Assembly: GCF_009914755.1 (NCBI RefSeq)
Contig: NC_060929.1
Reading direction: 5' to 3' (one strand)
DNA from: the human T2T-CHM13v2.0 reference genome, Homo sapiens
DNA: 64,000 nt
In this document: positions 53,276 to 64,000 of the stretch, in pieces
How positions within the stretch are numbered: the stretch's first letter is position 1
Layout: every line of letters starts with the position of its first letter
Notes under the pieces: model-generated
Database searches by the model: none
Told to the model about the DNA's origin: nothing
Seen by the model: only the letters and a program-made list of their open reading frames with translations
Translations under genes and position numbers: made by a program

Positions 53276-53492
53276 ATGATTAATATTATTGTTAATCTTT
53301 AAGGCCCAGTGATAAGAGGTTGATTAAGCCCAATTATAAAACATGAAAGAAAAAAATTCTAAATGTTATCATTTATCAAATCGTCTCACTTTTCCTTTCT
53401 TGGTCTTTAGTCTTGGTTTTGATCACAGAGCTTTGTTTAAAGTTGTATTTCATTAAGGCAATGAAGAATTATTGAAGGAGGGAAATCCGGAG

Positions 53493-53845
53493 CAGTAGTT
53501 TTTGATTCTCGTTGCATATTAGAATCGTCAAAGGCAGAATTTCTCAAACCAGTACCACTGATATTTTCAGTCAGTAATCTTTGATATTGGTGGTAATCCT
53601 ATGCAATGTAAGATGGTTAGTAGCATCCCTGACCCTTACCTGCTAGATACCAGGAGTACATCCTTCCCCCCATTCCCCATAGTGATAATCAAAATATCTT
53701 CAGATAATGCCAAATGGCCTTCCTTAGGGGACAAAATTATCTCCAGTTGAGAAAGACTTACCTAAAAAGAAAGCTGTGATTTAAATGCTATGGGTATACA
53801 CAGACATTGGTATTTTTAGAAACTCCCTAGGTGAATTTACATGGA
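53493..53845 (+). mobile_element. MER5B-like MITE split by MER20
   Basis: Left part 'cagtagttttt...tgcatattagaatc'; right part 'cattggtatttttagaaactccctaggtga'. Confidence 0.55.
53535..53759 (-). mobile_element. MER20 hAT MITE
   Basis: 'tttctcaaacc...tgtaagatggttagtagcatccctgaccct.acc.gctagat...tgccaaatg...ggacaaaatt...gttgagaa'. Confidence 0.85.
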
Positions 53846-54638
53846 ATCAGAATCATATCTGGAATCAAATATGAAATCAAATTTGGAACAATTTGACAGG
53901 GAATCTATATTTTGATTAACTTGGCTATTGACCACTCTGAAATTCTGAATTAGTTGTAAATTTTTAATGAATGAATGATTTTCTTAGAGTTCAGCAAAAG
54001 TTGTTGATGGTAATAGTGGCCTAATACCATTCTCATTATCATTTCCATCTGGATAAAAAATATTTGAGAAAATTTACCTGAATTAAAGAATGGCCAGAGA
54101 ATACATTGAAGAAATAAGCATTGATGAAGAAAAGAAAACTGAGTGAGTTAAGAAAGCAAGTAACTTACAAACTGTTTTTCATTATTATTGAGACTTAGAC
54201 AATATGAATCATAGTTGATTGGTTTCCTGGAGCTAAGAGCAATATAAAATAATGTAGACACAATGAACTTTTCCCAGCATTCTATACATTTATTTCCTTT
54301 ACAACTGATCATCCAATTGAGAATTTTAACCAATTGTCAATTAAGGTCAAAATTTTGGACAACCCATTGATTTTCATCTTTTTCATAGAAGTAGCGGTAC
54401 ATTAATTTCCTCATTTTAGTTTAATGTAATAAAATAAATAAATAGAAAATGTTATTGATATATAATAGTTGCACATATTTTGAAGGTACATGTGATATTT
54501 TGATACTTATATACAATGTGCAATGATTGTATATTGTACAATCAAGATAACTGAAATATCCATCACCTTGAACTTTTATTTTCTTGTGTTGGCAATATTG
54601 TAATTTTTCTTTTCTAGTTATTTTGAAATATACAATAA

Positions 54639-55014
<376 letters not shown>

Positions 55015-57037
55015 CAACTGTATTTCTGTACACCTTAACCAACTTCTTTTTATTCCCCCTCCCCTTTTTCTCCCCAGCCTCTGGTAGCCACCATTCTACT
55101 CTCAACTTCCATGAAATTCAATATTTTAACTCCCACATATGAATGAGAACATGCAATATTTATCCTTCTATGCCTGCTTATTTCACTTAACATAGTGACC
55201 TTCAATTTCATACATGTTGCTGCGAATGACAGGATTTAATTCTTTTTTAATGGCTGAAAAATGTTCCATTGTGTATATATACCACATTTTCTTATCCATT
55301 TATCTATTGATGTACACTTAGGTTGATTCCATATCTTTGCTGTTGTGAATAGAGCTGCAATAAGCATGGTAGTAGTACAGATTTCTCTACTACTTTTCTT
55401 GTCTCATTACCTTTATTTCTGCTCTAATCTTTATTTATTTTCCTTCTAATAATTTTGTGTTTGGCTTCTGCTTGCTTTTCTAGTTCCTTGAGGTGCATTG
55501 CATTGTTAGGTTGTTTATTCGAAGTCTTTCTAATTTTTTGATGGAGGCATTTATTGCTATAAACTTCCCTCTTAGTTTGGCTTTTGCTATATCCCATAGG
55601 CTCTGATATATTGTGTTTTATTTTCGTTTGTTTCAAGAAGTTTTTGATTTCCATAATTTCTTCCTTGACTCGTTGGTCATTCCAGAACATGTTGTTGAAC
55701 CCATGTGTTTCTCCAGTTTCCAAAGTTCTTCTTGTTATTGATTTCTAGTTTAATTCCATGTGCTCAGAAAAGATACTTGATATGACTTTGATTTTTATAA
55801 ATTAGTTAAGATTTGTTTTGTGGCCTAACATATGGTCTTTCCTGGAGAATGTTCCATGTGCTGATGAAAAGTATATGTATTCTGAAGCAGTTGGGTGAAA
55901 TGTTCTGTAAATGTTAAGTCCATTTGGTCTAGAGTACAGTTTAACTTAAATGTTTCTTTGTTCTTTTTCTGCCTGGATGATCTGTCTATTGCCAAAAGTG
56001 AGGTGTTGAAGTCCCCTTCTGTTATTATATTAGGGTCTATCTTTCCCTTTAGTTCTATTAATATTTGCTTAATATAGTTAAGTGCTCTGATGTTGAGTGT
56101 ATATATATTTACCATTGTTATATCTTCCTGAATGGACTCTTTTATCATTATATAAAGACTGTCTTTGTTTCTTTGTATAGTTTCTCACTTAAAGTCTATT
56201 TTATCTGATATAAGTATAGCTACTCTGGCTCTTTTTTGCTTTCCATTTACATGAAATATCTTTTTTATTCCTTCACTTTTAGTCTATGGCTGCCTTTAGA
56301 TGTGAAGTGAATTTCTTGTAGGCAGCGTATAGTTGGGTCTTGTTTTTTTATCCATTGAGCTATTCTATGTCTTTTAATTGGATAATTTATTTATATTCAA
56401 TATTATACTGATAGGTAAGAACTTACTACTGTCATTTTGTTCTTTGATTTCTATTTGTTTTGTAACTTTTCTTGTCTTACAATCTTCCTTTGGTTAAGTG
56501 ATTTTCTCTGGTAATGTGTTTCAAATTCATTGTTTTTTATTTTTAGTGTTTCTATTAATAGCATAAGTTTTTCCTTTGTGATTGCCATAAGGCTTATTAA
56601 AAACATAGTATTGTTATAACAAGTTATTTAAAATGGATACCAACTTAATTTTGGTGGCAAAAAAAAGGAATCAAGCAAACAAAAAAATCCTGTATACATT
56701 AACTCCCTTCTCTTCCCACGTTCTGAATTGCAGATGTCACAATCTCCACTTTTTGTATTACCCATCTCTTAACAAATTGTTGTAGTTATTTTTAATAGTT
56801 TTGTCTTTTAGTAGTCTTAGTAAAAAGAAATGGTCCACACATCACAACTACAATATTAGTGTAACAATTATGTTAGTGTCTTTTTCTTTCAGTTTGAACA
56901 ACTCCCTTTAGCATTTCTTGTAGGAAAGGTTTAGTAGCGATAAATTTTCTCATCTTTTGTTTGTCTGGGACAGTCTTTATTTTTCTTCATTTCTGAAGGA
57001 TAGTTTTGCTGGGTACTGTACTATCCGTTGCTAGTTT

Positions 57038-57063
57038 TTGTTGTTGTTGTTGTTGTTGTTGTT
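57038..57063. repeat. (TTG)8 microsatellite
   Basis: Read directly from the sequence; explains the poly-Cys ORF 57006..57209. Confidence 0.95.
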
Positions 57064-57209
57064 TTTTCATTCCTCTAACTATATCATCTCACTCCCTCCT
57101 AGCCTGTAATATTTCTACCGAGAATCCTGGTGCCAGGCATATTGCATCTCCCTTACATGTTTTTGCTTTTTTTCTTTCACTATTTTCAGGATTCTCTCTG
57201 TGTCTTTGA

Positions 57210-57530
<321 letters not shown>

Positions 57531-58439
57531 TGAGAGTTTTATTACAATATGTCTTAGGGTATTCTTAATTGGGTTGATTGGTGATCTTTGACCTTCCTGT
57601 ACCTGAGTATTTGCCTCTTTCTCCAGGTTTGGAAAGTTTTCTGTTATTATTTCTTTGAATATGCTTTCTGTCCCTTTGTCTTTCTCAGTTACCTCTTTAA
57701 CTCCAATAACCTGAATATTTGCTCTTTTGATATTGTTCCATAAATCTCATAAACTTTCTTTATTCCTTGTTTTTCTTTTTTCTTCTCTGCCCGTATATTT
57801 TCAAATGGTCTATATTTGAGCTCACTGATTCTTCTGTTTGATCAAGTATGCTCTTAATGTTCTCTATTGCATTTTTTTCAATCGACTAATTGTATTTTTC
57901 AGCTCTAGGGTTTCTGTTTGATTTTTTAAAATTATTTTAATCCTTGCTAACATTTGTCTGATGAATTTCTGAATTCTCTGTTTTCTTAAAAATGTCACTG
58001 AGTTTCCTTAAAACAGCTTTTTTTCAAATACTTTGAGAAATTACACAGCTCTACTCATTTAGGGTTCATCTTTGGCACCTTATTTTGTCTATTTGATGAG
58101 ATCATATTTCTCTGAATATTCATGATGCTTGTGAATGTGCAATGATGTCTGTACATTGAGTATTTATTTTCGTCTTCACAGACTGGCTTTGTTTATGCCT
58201 ACCCTTCTTCAGAGGGCCTTCCCAGGAATCTAAGCAGACTTAATTGCTGAGTTCCCTAAGTCTATGACTACTGCAGCCATTTCAGCATTGGGGGAGTGGG
58301 GGTTGTTCTAAGCCCCACTTGCTATGAGTCCTGTGAGGACTCCAAGGTTGATGTGACTTTCTGGCCCAGATGGACCTGGTAAAGACCCAAGAAGGGTACT
58401 AGGGCTATGTGGGAATGCTGGCTAGGCACCTAAGTCCAG

Positions 58440-58990
58440 AAAACTGTCCTGGAAGCTCAGACAAGTTGGCTTCCCAACAGGTCTCTGCACAGATGAGATG
58501 AGACCTTAACCTTATGGAGATGGACTGGAATTGATACTGGGCCCCCTTGGGATCTCCTGTGGGTAGGAGGCTGGTGGGTCTGTCTCATTGGCTCAGACAT
58601 TCATGTGTCACCCAAAGGGCCCTGCATAGAGAGGGTAGTTCTTTGACTGCAACAAGAGGGCCAGAACTGAGATTGAGCCCCACTGGGATATGCTGTGGGA
58701 CAGAGGCTGGAGAGTCTAGTTTTGGCTCAGAGAAGTGTCTTTTGCCTAGTAAGTTTCTTCATTGACAGGATAGTTCCCGGTCTGCAGCAGGAGGGGCTGG
58801 AGATGAGAGTGCGACTCTGGGATTTGCTGTGAGGTAGAACTTGGAGAGCCCAGTCTGGTTGGCTTATCTCCCAGCACATCCCTTTGCATGTGGGATAGTT
58901 CCTTGACCGCAGCAGAAAGGGCCACCATTGGGACTGTATACCCTTGGGATCTGCTGTGGGATGGAGACTAGAGAGCCCATTAGGGAGGCT
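58440..58990 (-). repeat. Four diverged ~130-bp monomers in the L1 5' UTR
   Basis: Anchor TGGGAT(C/A/T)T(G/C)CTGTG at 58548, 58684, 58818, 58945. Confidence 0.8.
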
Positions 58991-59644
58991 CAGACTCCTG
59001 GGCTTAGAGATATAGGTGAGTCTCCTTCTAGGTCCTTGTACAAGCAGCTATGAGCTTAGACCTCAATAAAGGGAGGCTGGAACAAAGCCATGGGGGAACT
59101 TTTAGGTTCGATGCGAAGAACAATATCAGCAGGTAAAGGAGCCTTTCCACAAAGGCACTAGTGTGTTGGATTCCTTCTAGACCCCTTGGCAGACAGTGGT
59201 TTTGGTTGCAGGCTCAAGGCCAAACAGGGCTCTAGCCAAGCCCCTAGGAGGATTGGGCCATTTCTGGCCTTGAATCTGAGAGCAAGCTCAGTGGATCAGT
59301 CACCTGGGTTTTGGTGTGCATTCTCAAACAACCCTCCAAGGTCTTGGAACCCACCACAGCTTCATAAACTCCTACCTGAATCCTGAGGCTACTGTAGAAA
59401 GACTTTTGATTGTGAATGGGTATAGAAATCTTATTGTTATGGAGGGGGATATTAGTGGTTTACCTTCTATTCCACCATCATGCTGACATCATTCCTTATA
59501 AATAATTTCATATCTTAAAACATGATCCAGACAGATATGGTTAAATATGTAACAGCCACCCTTTTAAAAATAACTTTAAAAGTTACTTTTAATATAGTTA
59601 CTCTTAAAACCAAACATTTTGCATTTCCCTATAAGCATAGAACC

Positions 59645-60080
59645 AAGAAACTATGCATATGTTACCTTTCATGGCAAAATAAACTTTGCAGATATAATTG
59701 ACTTATGGATCTCGATACAGAGAGATTATCTGGATGGTCCTAATGTTATCACATGGTCCTTAAAAATGGAAGAAGGAGGCAGAAGAGTGAGTTAGAGAGG
59801 GAGATAAACTGATAGAAGTGAAGACCAGAGAGATGGTAGTGTGAGAAGAAATTGGCATGACATTTCTGGCTTTGAAGATGGAGGAAGGGGGTCATGTGGA
59901 AAAGATAAAAAAGTAAATGATACCTGGAGCTCCCAGAAACAATGCAGTCCTGCCAACACTGTGATTTTAGCCCAGTGAGACTATTTAGACTTCTGACCTT
60001 CAGGACTGAAAAATAATAAATTTGTATTGTTTTGAGCTACTGATTAGTGGTAATTTTTATAGTAGCAACAAGAAACTACT
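59645..60080 (+). mobile_element. MLT1D/E-type MaLR LTR
   Basis: 'tatgttacctttcatggcaaaa..actttgcagat', 'ggctttgaagatggaggaagggg', 'gattttagcccagtgagac...aataaatttgtattgtttt'. Confidence 0.88.
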
Positions 60081-60159
60081 CTTATACCAGGTCTTTATAA
60101 TCTTTTAGTAATATTTGGGATTTCTCCTAGATATTGTGGTACACTAAAAAATTTTTGAG

Positions 60160-60370
60160 GAAGGATGTTTGCTACATTATAATTCACAAGGGAAAACAAC
60201 TGTAAATAATCTAAAGATCCAATAATAGAAGAATGATTAACTTATGGTTCATCTATTTAGAGGGATCTTATGCATTTATTTAAAATCATGTTTGAAAAGA
60301 ACAAGTGCTGTGGGAAATGCTTATGATGTAACCAAAATTAACAAGTGAAACATATAACACTACATTTAAG
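60160..60370 (+). mobile_element. Ancient L1ME 3' fragment
   Basis: 'aaggatgttt...aaataatctaaagatccaataatagaagaatgattaa...tgggaaatgcttatgat'. Confidence 0.55.
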
Positions 60371-61059
60371 GTGATAATTTGATTGGAGGTATGGTCTTTT
60401 TCCTAGATAGACTTTCATAAGGATTGTTGAATTGGTTTCAAAGGTTTATAAATCACCTAAGGGACACTGAAACCCAATTTAAAAATAATCTTATTTAAAG
60501 AATGACCTCAGTTCTATTTAAAAAACAGATTTAGGTGTATGTACTAATATACATGTATGGGATTATATACAGAATTTATTTAAAAATATTACAGTGGTAA
60601 ATTATAAAATTCATTGACTATGATCTTGTTTCTATTTCAGTTATCTGTAGCTTGATCACTTGATGTCTTTTATTTTAACAAAAAAATCCATTCTTCATTA
60701 AATTAACTAGCATGTATAAATAGTAATAACCTCAACACTTACAATTATGTTGTAACTTCCTAGATACTGCATTTGAAAGCAGGGATCAGGTGTCATTTAA
60801 TGTTTTCTTGTATTTTTTCTCTATTATCAAATCATAGCATCTTATTCACAAATATCATTTACTATTTTTTACTAACATTTTGTAAATCCTGTTTTCATTG
60901 GTTTTTGAGTTTAGTATTTGTCCGACCTCTCAGGCAGAACTGAATCTACCCTGACATCTGCAGAGAGTTTAGGCAAAATGCAACGTTAAAGGGATGACAA
61001 ATTAGTAGTCAGTACACATCAGTACTGGAGTATGGTATCAAGAACAAATCCCTTGGAAC

Positions 61060-61422
61060 TAAGTCATAAAAGATGTTGTAGATTCCACCTCATACCATGA
61101 GACACTTACTCTTGGAACCCACACACCATGATATGAGGAAGTCAAGCAACCATAGAGGCCACCTGAATGTGTACTAGGTCTAGTCCTAACTAAAGCCCAG
61201 CTAAGAGCTAGCATCAACAATCAGACATGTAAGTGAGTGAGCCTTCAGATGATTCCAGGCCTCAGGCTTTGATGTACCCCTTCTGACACCAACTGGAGAT
61301 GAAATGAGCTGTCTCCAGTAAGCCCTGACCAAATTGCAGATTGGTGAGCAAAACAAATGCCATTGCTTTAAGCAACTCATTACATTTTGGTGTGGATTTT
61401 CATATAGCAATAGAAACTTGAA
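61060..61422 (+). mobile_element. MLT1H/I-type MaLR LTR
   Basis: 'ctcttggaaccca...catcaac.atcagacatgt.agtgagtgagccttcagatgattccag...gccctgaccaaattgcagatt.gtgagcaaaa...tagcaataga'. Confidence 0.82.
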
Positions 61423-61664
61423 TGACCTCCATATTTCTTCCAAGCCAAATATACATTCCTTTATCCCTCAGTATTCACTGACCCCTAGAATTAACCTACT
61501 TTTCTAGTCTAAATCTCTGATGCTCCATCACTCATGCATTGCCATATTCACATTGAGCAATTATTATTGTCTTTCACTCTCTCCACATAAAGCTTAGTAA
61601 TATTTTATTCCATCTATGCTCATCTAAATCCTACCCATTCAAGGTTCATAATTAAAGCCATGAA

Positions 61665-62200
61665 ATGCAGATTTGTTCTCTTGCTTTTGCCATATCCAAG
61701 ACCCCTGGTCTGGTGCCAGTAGCCTGATTTTCTTTTTGAGAAACCACACCTTCTTAACAATCTATCCAGAGGCTTCAGGTAGGGGAAACTTTAGACTCCA
61801 TTTTAAGGTGATCAAGGGACCCACACTTAGCCAGTTGGCATAGTCTATCTTCCTGGCTAGTATGACTAGTTCAAGGGTGAGCACATGCCCCAAGTTTGTT
61901 CACTGAGACTGAATCCTGGATTTTTCCCAGAGCAATTTTTCAGTAGCACCTGCTGAACCATGAGGCTGTCAGCTCAGACAGAGTGAATGCCTGCCTGAGA
62001 ATGAAGCCAACCCAGAGGAAAGCAGAGCCAAGCATCATATTTCTCCCAGCATCACTGGAGCATCTGGATGCAGCCATGCCTAAAGATTGGTCCTGCCTCC
62101 ACCCACAACTTCTTAGTTTTGTCTGCCAAACAATTCCTTTTCTGGCTGAATGCCAGTCTGAGTTAGATTTCTATTACTTGGTAACTAAAGAGTCCTGGAG
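61665..62200 (+). mobile_element. MLT1K/L-type MaLR LTR
   Basis: 'gcctgcctgagaatgaagccaacccagaggaaagcagagcc...ctggatgcagccatgcct...ttacttggtaactaaagagtcctg'. Confidence 0.8.
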
Positions 62201-62599
62201 AGTATAGAGCACATCTTTCTAGTTGATATGGCAGTCCCTGGGTGCCTACTTCAAATGTGATCCTGCACCTGGAGTTGGGATACAAATATTGAGTAAGGCA
62301 GGGTCCATGAGGCTCAACCTTATTCCCACCATTCTTCCAGTGGAATTCCTCATGATGCCATTTGATTACAGCACATCCCAGAGCCATTTTGCAGTGTAAG
62401 TTGCAGCACACATGCCATTATAAGTGGTGCGAAGACAAGAACTATTTACTTTATCTGATTACATAAGAATCCATATCTGAAACTGCCAGGCATATAATGG
62501 GTACTCAGTAGATCTTACCTCCTTCTTCTTTCATATTACTCCTCTCATGGGTCTTGTTCATGGTTGTTGAATGAACTATACATTAATTACTGCCTTTAA

Positions 62600-62820
62600 G
62601 TAATACTAGATAACATTTATGGAACAATTATTATGTGCCAGGCATGAGTACTATCTCAATTAATTCTCACAGTAACATAAGGTATGAACTATTCTTCCTT
62701 TTGTACAAGTGGACAAACCTCAACAAAGTAAAGCTTGAAGAGTTAAAACAATCCCATCCCTAGTCTCACAGCTAGTAAGCTGCAGAATGAGGACTCCAAC
62801 TCAGATATCTCTCACACTAA
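62600..62820 (-). mobile_element. MIR
   Basis: 'taacatttat...tatgtgccaggca...taattctcac...cacagctagtaag'. Confidence 0.75.
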
Positions 62821-63789
62821 ACTATTATTTATTTAGCTCATAGTCACCAACTGTATAAAATGCATACGATTTTCTGCTTGAAAAACTCTAAAATACCTGT
62901 TTTGAATCAAGTTATATTTGCTAGGCTAAAAATCCTTGAAAGCTTAGGAAGTCAGTTCTCCAATTAGTGCAGCAGTACTGTCCAGGCTATGGAAGCAACT
63001 TAGCAGCATTTGGGGAGGTGGATAGGCTAAGTTAAAATTTGGAAGACATTGCCATAAGCCAATCGCAGAAGTAAATTGCCTGAGCTTTGTTCTTTCCACA
63101 TCAGCCACAGATGTGAAGAAAATGACAAGAGTAGAAATTGCAAGAGCCTTTGCTAAAAAGTATTGCAAATCCTGTGGCTGTCAGCCAGGAGAAAGCAGTG
63201 TCTCTGGTTGTCACAAGTGCATAAAAGAACAAAGAATTGCAGGCTGTGGGGAAAAATGATGGGGCTGGAAATGAAGAGCTTATGAGGAAACAGAAAATAA
63301 AAATCTAACCAAGGATAAATGGAGATGAAAGGGACTTGAAGTTTTCAGGAAGACCTGTACAAAGTTCAAATGAGTAAATGTAGGGAAATATGCCATTTGT
63401 GGAGCTGCAAGGTAAGTTTTCTACTCCTACCCTCTCAAGAAATAGAACAGGCTCACTATTAAAATTCTGGTAGTTTTTTGCCGGAGAAGGAAATGAATCC
63501 ACAGGCAAATTGAAAAGGATGACCATATAATCTAGTTTTTTTCTTACAGTACAATATAAAATTAAATATTTGTTATAGACTAAAAATATCCTTGAAAAAG
63601 GCAGCTTTTTTTCCCATCTTAATTTTCTGATGGGCCTTATGCAGAGTCCTTAGGTAAATTGCTCCCAGGAGTCATGGCACTGTCCCCAGCCTATTCCTGT
63701 GGTCTCATTGAGAGCTGGAGACATAAGGGGAAGACGGGGACATAGGGATGTACCCTGGTCTTAGGAGACCTGCTGGAGAAAAGAGAAGA

Positions 63790-63905
63790 GGAGCTTCTGT
63801 TACATGTATTTTTCAGATTCTCATTTTTGATATCTGAAAAATAGACTATGAAAACACCTCTAGTGGTCATTTGCAGGGTTAAATGGATAACGTATGTAAA
63901 ATCAT
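63790..63905 (+). mobile_element. MIR core fragment
   Basis: 'atctgaaaaatagactatgaaaacacctc...gggttaaatggataacgtatgtaaa'. Confidence 0.55.
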
Positions 63906-63924
63906 TCATCTCATTAACTAATAT

Positions 63925-64000
63925 ACTTTCCCACTAGTCTGAGAGCCCCATGATGGCAGAGACCACATCCCTTTTGTTCCCTCACTGCTGTGGCCATAGT
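63925..64000 (+). mobile_element. L2 3' fragment, running off the window
   Basis: 'cccactagtctgagagccccatgatggcagagacc...ttttgttc'. Confidence 0.7.

Noticed and set aside
63852-63872. CTCF-like site (minus strand GACCACTAGAGGTGTT)
   Set aside because: It lacks the GGC core end and lies in a decayed MIR.

Overview
This is primate genomic DNA, probably human or another catarrhine, since it contains AluY and THE1D. It is AT-rich, has no CpG island, and has no supportable protein-coding gene body. The tracked ORFs are L1, MaLR or Alu remnants, or chance ORFs. More than half of the window is old transposons: a four-level nested stack at ~26.5-39.5 kb (L2 > L1MC > L1MA4A > THE1D/MLT2A/AluY), an L1PA16 carrying an L1MA1 insert (42.9-49.2 kb), an internally deleted minus-strand L1MA (54.4-59.5 kb), plus seven Alus, MaLR solo LTRs, hAT/Tigger MITEs and MIR/L2 fragments. 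The exception is a ~9 kb almost repeat-free island (13.1-22.3 kb). It holds enhancer-like motif clusters, an unexplained 43-bp direct repeat, and a well-formed 12-nt microexon or short start-exon candidate (14509-14520), which is the best lead. I see no evidence for a new multi-gene system. Repeat subfamily names come from recalled consensus sequences and need RepeatMasker/Dfam confirmation. Boundaries without a target-site duplication (TSD) are approximate.
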